IMG/VR virus record: IMGVR_UViG_3300037067_016734
Direction: 5' to 3' (one strand)
Source: an uncultured virus (IMG/VR IMGVR_UViG_3300037067_016734)
Taxonomy: Duplodnaviria; Heunggongvirae; Uroviricota; Caudoviricetes
DNA length: 64,000 nucleotides
Positions 42,125 through 52,973 of the stretch are shown piece by piece. The notes under the pieces were generated by a model, which was not told the DNA's origin, did not search any database, and saw only the letters and a program-made list of their open reading frames with translations. Both the position numbers and the translations under genes were made by a program. How positions within the stretch are numbered: the first letter of the stretch is position 1; each line of letters opens with the position of its first letter.

Positions 42125-43009
42125 ATGTCTATTTTGGAAGAATATTTTCGTAATGGCAGACCTCTATCTTCTTCTACACTAAAAACATTTTTTTCTTGTC
42201 CAAGGAAATTTTATTTCAAAACAATTGGATTAGAAGAACAAGAAATTGGTTCACAATTAGTTCTCGGAACATCAGTTCACCATGCTTGCGATGAATATTA
42301 CAAAGGTAGACCAATTGTAAGTATAGATAAAGCTGTACACACTTTTATTAGAACATACGATACAGAAGCAAACCAAATCAAACAAAACGGAAAGAAACTC
42401 TTATATACTAGTAGTTCTCCCGGTAAAGATAAAAGAGACGGGGGAAGCATGATAGAAATGTTTCTTAAAGAATATAAAGATCTAAATGTTGTTGCTAGTG
42501 AATGCGGAATGTATGTAACCATTCCTGTAAACGGTTATAATGTTGTTACATATGCAGGTATTGACTTAGTGATTGACGAAGGAGATGGTTATGTTTTAGC
42601 CGACATTAAGACAGGTAAATCAGGCGCAACTCCTATTTATATGAAAGAAGACCTGCAATTGAATCAATATGTGTATGTGTTTTCTCGCGGTGAATTCGGA
42701 GAGATTGATCATAAGATAAAAAGAATGGTTCCGTATCAAGGAATATTTGATCCTAAAAGTAAACCAGTAAAAGCTAAGGTTATTTTTAATATTAGAGGAT
42801 TTTTAAAGCAATCGTTTTGTTCTCACACTGTGGAATATAGAAGCGAAGAATTCAATGAACAAGGATTTCTATTAGCTTTTCAGACCGGTATTAAAGAAAT
42901 GGAACTGTATTATAATATTGGCTATTGGCCTAAGCGTGGAGTTAAATCTCTACACGATAGTCAATGTCAATTCTGTTCTTATCGTAACCAATGTATTAAG
43001 GAGACTTAA
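42125..43009 (+). CDS. PD-(D/E)XK Cas4/RecB-like exonuclease
   Basis: CPRKF, GTSVH, ID..DIKTG, QLNQY, CQFC..C. Confidence 0.88.
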   Translation: MSILEEYFRNGRPLSSSTLKTFFSCPRKFYFKTIGLEEQEIGSQLVLGTSVHHACDEYYKGRPIVSIDKAVHTFIRTYDTEANQIKQNGKKLLYTSSSPGKDKRDGGSMIEMFLKEYKDLNVVASECGMYVTIPVNGYNVVTYAGIDLVIDEGDGYVLADIKTGKSGATPIYMKEDLQLNQYVYVFSRGEFGEIDHKIKRMVPYQGIFDPKSKPVKAKVIFNIRGFLKQSFCSHTVEYRSEEFNEQGFLLAFQTGIKEMELYYNIGYWPKRGVKSLHDSQCQFCSYRNQCIKET

Positions 43010-43010
43010 T

Positions 43011-43391
43011 ATGCAAATTAGCGGAGAAATTACTCTTAGTGTAAATGATTTAGAGAGAATCTACGAACATTTATATGGTCATAGGTATTATGGAAGAAAT
43101 AGTAATATTAAAATGGTTAGAGCAATTCTTGATGAATTATCTAAACTTGATTTTGCAAGTACAAAAGGAGAGAAGGGGGAATTCTTATATCAGGCACCTT
43201 CAGGATATAACGTTTTAGTAAAAATTGATGATGAAATTGAATTATTATTTACAGAGAAAACCAATTTATATTTATCTGTAACTGACGGAAAACCTTCGTT
43301 ACGTACAGCCGGTAGTGGTGTTAAGTTTATTTATCATTCTCTTCGTATAGTAGAAGTAAAACGCCCCCAACTTTATGATGTCAACCTATGA
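43011..43391 (+). CDS. Hypothetical protein ending in DVNL
   Basis: AGGAG RBS before MQISG. Confidence 0.6.
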   Translation: MQISGEITLSVNDLERIYEHLYGHRYYGRNSNIKMVRAILDELSKLDFASTKGEKGEFLYQAPSGYNVLVKIDDEIELLFTEKTNLYLSVTDGKPSLRTAGSGVKFIYHSLRIVEVKRPQLYDVNL

Positions 43392-43683
43392 AGCACTCTT
43401 AAGAGATAATTTTCAATGTAATTTTTGTGGAAAAGAAAGCGGTATTGTTCATCACGTTCAATATCGAAGTCACTTTGGAACCACCCTAGCGGCAGAACAA
43501 CAAGCTCTATCTAATTTAATAACGGTTTGTGAACATTGTCATTTACTACTCCATCAGAGTGAATTAATGATTATATACTTAAAAGATAATCCAGAACAAC
43601 CCTTTGTTGTTACAGAGAAGAAATTTAACAAAATCAAAGATAGAGTGAGTTTTTTTGTTAAGAGTGGGGAAAGATTGCAATGA
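43375..43683 (+). CDS. HNH endonuclease
   Basis: RDNFQCNFCG, VHH, NLITVCEHCH. Confidence 0.88.
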   Translation: MMSTYEALLRDNFQCNFCGKESGIVHHVQYRSHFGTTLAAEQQALSNLITVCEHCHLLLHQSELMIIYLKDNPEQPFVVTEKKFNKIKDRVSFFVKSGERLQ

Positions 43684-43694
43684 TAAACCTTAAT

Positions 43695-44825
43695 TTTCTA
43701 AAAAGGGTACAATGTTTTTGTGAAAACAATTCGTTCCACAACTTGTTCTCTAAAATTTGCTTCTCAGGAAAAGCGGGATTTGGTGCGGATTGTGATTGCG
43801 GAATATAGCCGATTGGTGAATTTGTTTATAGATCGATTTTGGAAAGACATTCCTGAAAAACGAATCACAAAAATAGAAATCAATTCTTGGTTGTCCGCTG
43901 GACTGAAACGTGAAGCAGCCAACGAAGCAATCTACATGATTCAAGGAACAAAAAAGTCTGCCAAAACATTAAACAAAGAATGTTCAAAACCAAAACACTC
44001 CGGAAGATCGATGATTATACATGACATGAAAGCATTTGCACTGCTACAGTTCCCAGAAAACACAAATCATTTTGATTATTGGTTGCATCTAACAAGTATT
44101 GGAGATGGATTGATTTTTGATCTTCCAATCAAATCTCACAAACATTTCAAAAACCTACAAAAACGTGGACGCATGAATCAAGCTTGCCTTCTTTCTCCTG
44201 ATAAAGTTCAATTTTCTTTCGAGATTGAAACCGGAGAAAAGAGAAAAGAAGGAAAGGCCATTGGGATCGATCTAGGAATCAACCATTTCCTTGCAACTTC
44301 AGAGGGAAACCTGTTAGGAGACATCAAACCAATCATTGAAAAAATGCTCCACAAAAGACCGGGTTCAAAAGCACGAAAAGGACAAGCAATCCATCTTCGC
44401 AATGAAATGAACCGGACAATCAAATCGCTTCCGAGTGAAGCCAAAACAATGTATGTTGAACGTCTGAAGGGAATCTCTTCAGGCACAAGACAGAGACGAG
44501 TTCCCAAACAAGCTCGTTGTTTGATCGGCAGTTGGAATCAAGGCTATGCTTTGTTGAGGATTCAACGTTTCTGCGAAGACAACCGTGTTGCCTTTAGAAG
44601 CGTTAGTCCTTATCAAACAAGCATCACCTGTTCCGCGTGTGGAAAAGCCGACAAAAAGAACCGTGTCGGAGACGTTTTTCGATGTTCGTGTAGCCACAAC
44701 GAACACGCCGACATCAATGCGGCAAAGAACATCCTTCAGCGCGGGGAAGCGGCAGCAGCGCGGTTCGCCGCAATGGTAGATGCCGTTCCTGTGAAATCAG
44801 GAGAAGGCTCAAAATGAGCCTCTAC
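43695..44825 (+). mobile_element. Non-autonomous IS200/IS605-family (TnpB-only) element, copy 1
   Basis: Similarity to copy 2 runs from TTAAT to TCTAC; removal restores an in-frame ORF; no transposase. Confidence 0.88.
43720..44817 (+). CDS. tnpB: TnpB RNA-guided nuclease
   Basis: RuvC GIDLG / VERL / ADINAA; Zn finger CSACG..CSC. Confidence 0.94.
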   Translation: MKTIRSTTCSLKFASQEKRDLVRIVIAEYSRLVNLFIDRFWKDIPEKRITKIEINSWLSAGLKREAANEAIYMIQGTKKSAKTLNKECSKPKHSGRSMIIHDMKAFALLQFPENTNHFDYWLHLTSIGDGLIFDLPIKSHKHFKNLQKRGRMNQACLLSPDKVQFSFEIETGEKRKEGKAIGIDLGINHFLATSEGNLLGDIKPIIEKMLHKRPGSKARKGQAIHLRNEMNRTIKSLPSEAKTMYVERLKGISSGTRQRRVPKQARCLIGSWNQGYALLRIQRFCEDNRVAFRSVSPYQTSITCSACGKADKKNRVGDVFRCSCSHNEHADINAAKNILQRGEAAAARFAAMVDAVPVKSGEGSK

Positions 44826-44845
44826 TGGAAAGATGTAGTTGCGAA
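44748..44845 (+). ncRNA. Predicted omegaRNA (reRNA) 3' scaffold plus guide, copy 1 (5' end undetermined)
   Basis: Stems conserved with compensatory changes against copy 2; GTAGA/TCTAC pseudoknot; guide from 44826. Confidence 0.7.
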
Positions 44846-44883
44846 TAATCGTATATTAAAAACCATATTATCGAGGCTTACGT

Positions 44884-45303
44884 ATGAATAGAGAAAGTAG
44901 ATCCTTAAAATTATATCCAAAACGCGTGTTTATGCGGTATTGTACGGATCGAGGATGGAAATTCCATCTTTCGTCTCTTCATGAAACCCATGTTAACTCT
45001 ACTAAGTTAAATTCATTTGAATGTTATTGTCCTTCCTTCATTATAGATAGAGACTTCAATGATTCCAATATTCCCTTAATTTGGGGAGAGATCAAGAGTT
45101 GCAATAAAGAGGGAGACATTAAGGTATCAAAAGAAGAGTTTGATATCCATAAAGCATTCAATGAAGGAAGAGAAGTGTGGTATGTTCTTTTCGATCATCG
45201 AAATCGTCATTTCAAAATGATTGCTTTAACAAAGCTTGCTGATTTTTTCACCGCCGCAGACGAAAGATATTTCTATTTTAACTTTAATGATGTTCCGGAG
45301 TAA
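44884..45303 (+). CDS. PD-(D/E)XK-like nuclease
   Basis: YCPSFII..WGEIKS. Confidence 0.5.
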   Translation: MNRESRSLKLYPKRVFMRYCTDRGWKFHLSSLHETHVNSTKLNSFECYCPSFIIDRDFNDSNIPLIWGEIKSCNKEGDIKVSKEEFDIHKAFNEGREVWYVLFDHRNRHFKMIALTKLADFFTAADERYFYFNFNDVPE

Positions 45304-46157
45304 TATTTATGAATGAAATCATCGTCAAATCATTATTAAAGGGTACAGCTCTCCATATTTTTGAAAAAAATCAAAAAGATGCCCTTCAACAACTCAAAGA
45401 GGAAACAGAATGGAAGGTTTTCTATAAGGCGGGAATGAAACCGTCTGATTACACTTTTATAAACTATCAAATAGAAGTTTGTCCCGTAGAGGAAGGGACT
45501 AAAATTATAAGTTTAAAATATAAACTAGATTATCTTCCTGATATGTTAATGAAAACTGAAAATATAGAAATTAAAAAGTAGGTGTAAAATGTTAATAGAT
45601 GAAAATTATGCTTATGCAATAGCAAGAGCCAGAAGGATTCTATCTAATCCTCAATCTTCTTTAGAAGATGTTTCTAATGCATTAAATATTACTGTGTATG
45701 TTACTCAGTATTTAGATCCTTATATTCAACAAGACGAAACCCTTCAGAAGATATGGGAGGAAGCGGTAAATAAGTGTTTTAAGGAATTATTCGATGAAAC
45801 AAAACATTGAACTTAAAATTAATGATGAAACTATTGCATTTAGCTCCTTAAAATTTTATGCCAATGCTAATGACGAAGACAAAAAAATAGAGTTAACAAT
45901 AAACAACGAACCTTATGAAATTAAACCTAAAGATAAGTTCGTATTAAATGCAGAAACAGTTTTAATTGAAGGCTCATTTCTTTTACCTTTTATGAATACA
46001 TATATTTTATGTGGCGGAATTAAGAATGAGATTCGTTGTGGAGGTATAGAAGTTCAAATTGATAGTGTGGGAGTGAACTGGTATAATGTAAATGTAGCTT
46101 TTTACACATTAATTCCAGAAAGTCATAATCCGTTAATAGTTCCAGAGGATTAACCTT

Positions 46158-46811
46158 ATGTCCGAAAATGTGGTTTGTATCCCCCGAGATACAATCTCGG
46201 ATGGATTATTTATGGCTGGTTCACCAGGATTTGATGAACTAATACAAAATATTGCATCTAGAAGATTTTATGCAATCAGAGACAAAGAAGACAAGTCTCC
46301 TTTCGCTTTAGAAAATAATACTAACTTAAGACAATTAAGTGTTTATATTCTTGTTCAACAAGATGACTCTATCTACGTTTACCAAAGAACCAAAGGTACA
46401 GGGGAAAAAAGACTTGCCGGTATGTTTGCGTTACCGGGAGGTCATATGAATGCTCTATCTGATGATTTTTTTATAGATATTGCTCAAGATGCGACACGTG
46501 AACTTTATGAAGAATTAAACATGATACCAATTAAGCAAGTTTTCTATGAAGACGGAGTATCGTGCCCCTTCAAGATAGTGGGAGTTTTACAGAACTCTTG
46601 CGTTTTTCAGGAATCTATGGTAGAATTAGTACATACTGGGATATTGGTTAAATTCGATATCTCGAAGCGGTTCAAAGTTGAGATTAAAGAAAAAAACAAG
46701 ATGTCCTCGTTGTCTCTTGTTTCAGCAGATAATATTAATGATTATTTTAAGGATTCCGAACGATGGCTAAAAATGTTGCTTCCGTGGCTTCCCCAACTTC
46801 TAAGGATGTAG
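46158..46811 (+). CDS. NUDIX hydrolase
   Basis: YQRT..GEKRL, PGGH, RELYEEL, VHTG. Confidence 0.85.
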   Translation: MSENVVCIPRDTISDGLFMAGSPGFDELIQNIASRRFYAIRDKEDKSPFALENNTNLRQLSVYILVQQDDSIYVYQRTKGTGEKRLAGMFALPGGHMNALSDDFFIDIAQDATRELYEELNMIPIKQVFYEDGVSCPFKIVGVLQNSCVFQESMVELVHTGILVKFDISKRFKVEIKEKNKMSSLSLVSADNINDYFKDSERWLKMLLPWLPQLLRM

Positions 46812-47371
46812 AAGATAACGGTAGACTAAGCGTTACGAAGATTATCGTTTCTAGAAAAAAAACGAAATCGTTTAGTAGAATCGTAGGGATAATACTTTCA
46901 GATGGTAACATGATTAGTATCGGCTGGCAGAATGATGGGTCTATGTATTCTAATGTATCTTCCGGTGAAGATGCTAGTCGTAAATTTTCGATTGATTGCG
47001 AATCATATGAAATTAAATATAACGACGGTACTTTGAGTGTTGTAGTTCCTGATTTCATTAATGAACTTATGGGTGGAGTAGAGATAGAGGAAGAGGAAGG
47101 AGAAAAGAAACCAAAAGGAAAAGGTAACCGTAAACTTGATGTCTCCGAACTTCCTCCGGAGATTGTAGAAGAAGATTATATACCATCTGAAAAACAAAAA
47201 AGAGGTAGAAAACCTAAAACTACCACCACCCCCCCCACTCTATCTAAATCTTCCACTGAAAGTTGTCCTGATCATCCCAACTATCATGGTAAAAGAAAGC
47301 CCGTTAATGGTTGTAAGAAGTGTTGGGAAATGTATAAGAAAATTAGTCCTAAACTAGCGGAGAAATGTTAA
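46763..47371 (+). CDS. Hypothetical protein with basic tail and C-terminal Cys/His motif
   Basis: KRGRKPK; CPDHPNYHGKRKP..CKKCW. Confidence 0.55.
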   Translation: MAKNVASVASPTSKDVEDNGRLSVTKIIVSRKKTKSFSRIVGIILSDGNMISIGWQNDGSMYSNVSSGEDASRKFSIDCESYEIKYNDGTLSVVVPDFINELMGGVEIEEEEGEKKPKGKGNRKLDVSELPPEIVEEDYIPSEKQKRGRKPKTTTTPPTLSKSSTESCPDHPNYHGKRKPVNGCKKCWEMYKKISPKLAEKC

Positions 47372-48783
47372 CCCCATCAATAATTATAATAGATCCCAAA
47401 AGGGATAGCATTGTACATATCATAAACCAATACCTTACTATCGATTCAAATATGAGAATTTTATTAAACGAGGAGGGACGTAGATCATTAAGAGGCTCAA
47501 GTATTATGCTTCCATCTCTTTCTAATTTTGGTCCTCCTCCGAACACGCCGTTAGGAACGATATACGGAGTTCCAATACAAGAAGGAGAAATCAATATAAT
47601 TCATTGGTTTGGGGATTTGACAGAACTAAATAAACAAAACTTAAAGGATGCCTTAGATCCATGATCTACCTTTTAACAAGTGATTATTATGACATTGAAA
47701 CCGGTGGAGATCATACGGTTTGGGGTGTTTATACAGATTTAAATTTATTAATAAATCAAATAATTGATATCAAAAAAGATTGGGATAAAACTCGTGAATT
47801 TGTTGAACGTCAAGCCAAAATTCAAGATATGCCTACTAGAGATGAAAGTGGAAAGATTGAGATTGATCCCGAAAGGTGGTCAGCAAAAAGAGAAGCATTG
47901 ATAACATTATTAGACGAGGAACATGCATACTTTAAAGGTAAAGAAATTGATATGTATTTCCTCGGAGCAGATTACGAATGGAGCGTTGAAGAATGGGATG
48001 ATAATTCTACAAAAATTAGAAAAAGATATGATGCTTGGGAATTGTTAAAATAAAATAGAGGAATAAAATGGATATAACTAAAATCAAAGAGATTCTATCT
48101 AAATTAAATGGTACTATTACCATCACCAACGGTCAAGCAGATGTGAAATTATCAATTCCACTAGCTGATCTAATTGCTATGCTAATGCCTAAAACATAAG
48201 ATAGAGTGGAGGATTAATTTTGCCTACGATAAGTATTAAACCTTTTACTATTAGAAACATTCAAAAGGCCAAGAATATATTGAATATTGGTAGTAATTAT
48301 AATTATTATATTATTGAAATTAATAAAAATGGATTAAAATATATACGAAAACATATTGGTTTGATGGCATTTTCTCCCGCATGTAATGGTCAGATTATTG
48401 ATTTTATAGATAATGTTCAATCGGGAGAATATTTAGGGATACTAGAAGGTATTCAATGTATATATAAACCAGAACGCAAGGAAAGCTGTATCGGTACCAT
48501 TGCTAGTCCATCGACTGACTTAAACATTCAAAATTTAGATGAATTTTTTAAGAAATGAGAAAAAATAAATGGGGTCAACCCGCTCCTCCATATTTTTTAG
48601 ATTTATATTGGAGGGTAGAGTGGATTATAAAATGGTTATTTTTATATTGGAGACATCCTAAAAAAGGATGGTGGGTTGGAACTCATACTTGTTCTAATAA
48701 GTTAGCGGATTGGATGTATAAAAATGATCCAAAATGGAAAATATTTATTGACAAATGTATAGATGAAGCTATAAGAGTGGAAA

Positions 48784-49494
48784 ATGAAAACAAAATTTAA
48801 ACTAGGAAAACTTCCTCCGAAAATTGATAAACGTACTCTTAAAATGAGTACATATTTCAAGTATGGAATTCCTGCTCCTCCCGAACATTGTTATTATTAT
48901 AACAAAGCGGGAAATTGGGGAGTACTCGGAAATGATCGTTACGGAGATTGTACGTTTGCTGCCGTAGGTCATGCCGAACAATGTTGGACAGCGAATGTTG
49001 GTAGGCAGTGTGATGTTAAAGAAGCAGATATTGTCAAAGCATATTTGGCTTACACTAAAGGAGCAGATGGTGGGGCTGCTATGCTTGAGGTTCTTAATCT
49101 ATGGAGGCAGGGAGGCATTATAGGTAAAAAGATAGAGGCTTACGTTAGTGTAGACAAAGAAGATATTAGGTCTGGTATCAATCTTTTCGGTGGAATCTAT
49201 TTAGGTTTAGCTCTTCCTAATTATGTGATGAGTGATCCATTAGGTGTACCGTGGACGAGAACGGCTTTGGCATCGAAGAATTCCCGAAACGGACATTGTG
49301 TACAATTAGTTGGTTATGATAGAGATGGATTGTGGTGCATCAGTTGGGGTTGTTTGAAGTTTATGTCTAACAACTTCTTAAAGAAATATACAGATGAGGC
49401 ATATGCAATTCTTAGCCCGGATTGGTTTAAAGACAATCAGGCTCCCAATGGATTTGATTATCAATCCCTAAAAGAGGACTTGAATAAATTATGA
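48784..49494 (+). CDS. Papain-like cysteine peptidase domain protein
   Basis: GDCTFAA, GHCV..GYD, SWG. Confidence 0.75.
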   Translation: MKTKFKLGKLPPKIDKRTLKMSTYFKYGIPAPPEHCYYYNKAGNWGVLGNDRYGDCTFAAVGHAEQCWTANVGRQCDVKEADIVKAYLAYTKGADGGAAMLEVLNLWRQGGIIGKKIEAYVSVDKEDIRSGINLFGGIYLGLALPNYVMSDPLGVPWTRTALASKNSRNGHCVQLVGYDRDGLWCISWGCLKFMSNNFLKKYTDEAYAILSPDWFKDNQAPNGFDYQSLKEDLNKL

Positions 49495-50298
49495 TGTGGT
49501 TTAGTTTAGGTGTGGCTATTGGTTGTTTTGTTTTGGGTCTTCTTCCTCCTTATAATTTTGGAAGCGTCATACTTCTTCTTTTGTGGGGAATAAATTTTGG
49601 ATTTTTTACGGTTGGTTTATGGGAAAAATATATTAGAAAACAAAAGGTATAACTTATGCATAAAATAACATTCACTGGTAATTTTTTTAGAGATCAAGCA
49701 GAAACCCACGGAGAACACGGATATATTTCTCCAAGAGAATGCGATATAACAATTCAGGTTTATGATGAAAATATTAGAGTAACTATTCTTCCTAAAGAAG
49801 GTTATCATGATAGCGATCCAGATCCAGAATATCCTCCCATTATCTTAGAGTTTGACAAAGAAGATGCTGCACAAATTGGTAGGATATTATTGAAATTAGG
49901 TAGAGAAATTATGTATGAGATAAACTAAGTGTTAACTTTCAGTATTGATGAAAAAACATTAAAACAACTTGCTCTATCTCTCCCGGAAGTAAAAGATCTT
50001 TTTATAGAACCAGGAAGATGTATTACAATAAAGATAGAGGTTGATGGTAAGAATGCTAAAATTAAAATTGCTCCATTTGTAACTACCGGAAAATTAGAAC
50101 TTAGAATTTTTAAGGTTTTTGCTGAAGGTATTAATATTAATGTAGCGAGTCTGGTACCTCTCTTTCTAGGTAAGATGAAAAAGACTCTATCTTTAGAGCT
50201 TAGAAGAATAATTGATATAGAAGGGAATAGTATATTTGTATTTGTTCCTGTCAAATTCGTAGGAATCGATAAAACAGGATTAATTCTGAGGTTTTAAA

Positions 50299-50628
50299 AT
50301 GCCAACTTTATCCGATATCAACTATATAACAATAGACCCAGATCCAGCCGGACTCATAACGGAAACGGGGGATAGCACTGACGATACATGGAGGTATAAC
50401 CCAAATTATTATAAAACAAATATTGATCCTAACATATATCCTTATCCTCAAACCTCTTATACATTTCCAGAACCGGAAAATCTACAAACTCAAGTTGAAA
50501 GAATCTTAAAAAAATTAGAAGAAGAATCATTATCGGATATCGAAATTGGAATTTTGAAGACATTGTTAGAGAAAATTTCTAAATATCTAACCGATAAGGG
50601 TCCGAAACTTTTAGATGTAGAACTATGA
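50299..50628 (+). CDS. Hypothetical protein ending in DVEL
   Basis: GAGG RBS; 109 aa. Confidence 0.6.
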   Translation: MPTLSDINYITIDPDPAGLITETGDSTDDTWRYNPNYYKTNIDPNIYPYPQTSYTFPEPENLQTQVERILKKLEEESLSDIEIGILKTLLEKISKYLTDKGPKLLDVEL

Positions 50629-51566
50629 ACAACATTCAATCTCCTTGGTTTGACTTTCCGATTCCTTCAGAAACAATTGCTGAAGCAGAGCTATTACAAT
50701 CATATAGCGATGATACGATTAAATATGCGCGTTTGATGTTAATTAAGCGATTAAGAGAATCGGCTAATTATTGGGAATTGTTACCAATACCAGATAGAGA
50801 ACGTTTTACTGAAAATGAGTTAAAAACGATTGCTGAAAGCGATACAAATCTTAATAATCCGAATACATATGCTAAAATTGGTGAATCGGTTTATTCGAGT
50901 GAATTATTTAAGGGCATTCAAACCTTTAACGTCCTTAGCTTAGGTAAATATGAACTACCGGCTATACGTTTTAGGGTTAGTCGATTTGTTGGAACTGATA
51001 CGATTTATGATTTACTCCTAAACTCAGATAACGAATTACAATTGAATTATTGGCTTTCGAAAACCAAGATTCTTGACACCACAACCGCTAAATTCACGGA
51101 TATCTCTATAAAACCTTTCGAACAACAAAACACTCTATCTAGAAGTTTATTAGAGGATATAGATTACGTAGATACAGGATCTTTAGATGTAGAACTAGTA
51201 GAGAAATTAAGACAGAGAACAATGCTGAATTCTGAAAGAGAATTCTATAACTATATTCTTAATGATAAACTAGGTTTCTTTGGAGGAATTGGTGGAATAT
51301 CTTCCCCCAAGCTTACCGATGATTTAGCTCTTCGGGCATTTGCTACCGATAACAGAAGACAATTTTATCATACAAATGTGCCAGAATACATCTCTTCAGT
51401 AGGAAACAAAGATTATATCAACTTCAGATTTGAAATTATCAATATCAACGGAGAAGATTTTTTTGAAGTAAAATGGTGCTTTCCGCAAGCTGAAAGGATT
51501 TCTTTTGGCAACGGAATGGATGGTTGGACAAACCGAGAATTACTACAAATGCTAACAAAGAGATAA
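50625..51566 (+). CDS. Hypothetical protein
   Basis: 313-aa ORF, ATGA-coupled. Confidence 0.65.
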   Translation: MNNIQSPWFDFPIPSETIAEAELLQSYSDDTIKYARLMLIKRLRESANYWELLPIPDRERFTENELKTIAESDTNLNNPNTYAKIGESVYSSELFKGIQTFNVLSLGKYELPAIRFRVSRFVGTDTIYDLLLNSDNELQLNYWLSKTKILDTTTAKFTDISIKPFEQQNTLSRSLLEDIDYVDTGSLDVELVEKLRQRTMLNSEREFYNYILNDKLGFFGGIGGISSPKLTDDLALRAFATDNRRQFYHTNVPEYISSVGNKDYINFRFEIININGEDFFEVKWCFPQAERISFGNGMDGWTNRELLQMLTKR

Positions 51567-51738
51567 AATATGGACATCATACCAGATAGCCAATTAGGTA
51601 GAAACATGGAAATTGGTCTACTTATAAAAAAGATAGAGATTGCGTGTGGACAATATGGTGCAGGATGTGTAGAGTTGAGTGTGGTTACAGATTTAGCCAA
51701 ACAATTGATTGAATTAACAACATAAAAAAGGATTTAAA

Positions 51739-52374
51739 ATGAAGAATTATATCAACTATGTCGATTATGAAAGCGAATCTAGTAATGCTGGTTGCGATTG
51801 TGGCGGTGTCTGTAGATGTAGTATAATCACTAAAGTTAAAATTAATGGATTATATCCTAAAATTTTTAAACATTTAGGTTTAAATGAACCTACCTCAAAA
51901 ATTGGTAAATATTGTTTTGATAAAATTTTTTCAGGAAGAGAGTTTTCTTTTGCTAATCTGTTTGATTGGGAAGCTTCTAAGTCTTATTATGGAGAAGAAG
52001 TTACCTCTATTACGTGTCACGATGAAGAAAAATTATATGGTATCTTAAAGAACTTTTCTGAATGTAGTGAATTGGAAATGACAAAAGCTGCCCTTCGAGC
52101 AGAGTATGGTTTCATTCTCCCCGAAATAGATCCTTTAAAGACAGTTGAGATTTCAAAATTAGCTAAAACAGATATATCTCCAAAACCTAAAAAGAATACT
52201 CGTAACGATTGTTTTCTTTACTCTGCGCCGGAGAAATATCCCGGTTTTATTTGTGGTATTGTTATTGATAATAATGACGGAACATATCGCTTAATTGACG
52301 GTCATAATAGATTTGAGAGATGGCTTCCTTTAAACGTTAAAAAAGATAAAGTTGACTTTATTATATTAAGGTAA
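51739..52374 (+). CDS. Protein with C-terminal ParB/Srx-like motif
   Basis: YRLIDGHNR; N-terminal Cys cluster CDCGGVCRC. Confidence 0.6.
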   Translation: MKNYINYVDYESESSNAGCDCGGVCRCSIITKVKINGLYPKIFKHLGLNEPTSKIGKYCFDKIFSGREFSFANLFDWEASKSYYGEEVTSITCHDEEKLYGILKNFSECSELEMTKAALRAEYGFILPEIDPLKTVEISKLAKTDISPKPKKNTRNDCFLYSAPEKYPGFICGIVIDNNDGTYRLIDGHNRFERWLPLNVKKDKVDFIILR

Positions 52375-52386
52375 GAACAGAAACGG

Positions 52387-52415
52387 TTGATTTTTTTAAA
52401 CGGAGATGCTAAAAT
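52387..52415 (+). promoter_or_regulatory. Sigma70-type promoter
   Basis: TTGATT-N17-TAAAAT with TG extension. Confidence 0.6.
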
Positions 52416-52938
52416 GGAAAAAGTGTGGAGACTATTAGATGATTAAACTTGCAATAGGGATAACTGTAATAGTTTTGTTTGTATTGTTGATAATATGGAC
52501 GCAATTAATACAGAGACTTCAAGATAGAGCTATAAAATATGTTTTTGATTATGCGCTTACTGGCGATCCGCATGATCTAGCTTTAGCTGGTTATTATAAT
52601 GATTTATCTTGGGCCATTATGCACTTTTGGAACCGTCAATGCTGGAAAGATTTTCAGCAAAGCAAAGCCGAATTAGGAGAATTAAATGCTAAAAAGTCTA
52701 AAAGTAGCTAATTATCCAGAACAATTTGAAATCGGTAGAGAGGTTTTTGTAAGGTTTTGTGATTTACCGGGATGGCATTTTTTTAATGGAATTATTATGA
52801 GAAAAGTTTATGAAGTTCATGTAACAAAAGATGGAGAAACAAAACGTCCTCCTAAAATTATTATTTCTAACGGAAAAGAAGAAATAGAATCAAGTTCTTA
52901 TAGTGATTTTTATATTCCCGAATGGGAAGAATAGTGGT

Positions 52939-52967
52939 TTGCCTTTTTCAGGGGACCGTGATATTAT
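52939..52967 (+). promoter_or_regulatory. Sigma70-type promoter; predicted leaderless ruvB mRNA
   Basis: TTGCCT-N17-TATTAT; ATG 7 nt downstream. Confidence 0.65.
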
Positions 52968-52973
52968 AGGGGT

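Noticed and set aside
43695..44825. IStron (group I intron carrying tnpB)
   Set aside because: Only 25 nt precede tnpB and 8 nt follow it, leaving no room for a ribozyme core.
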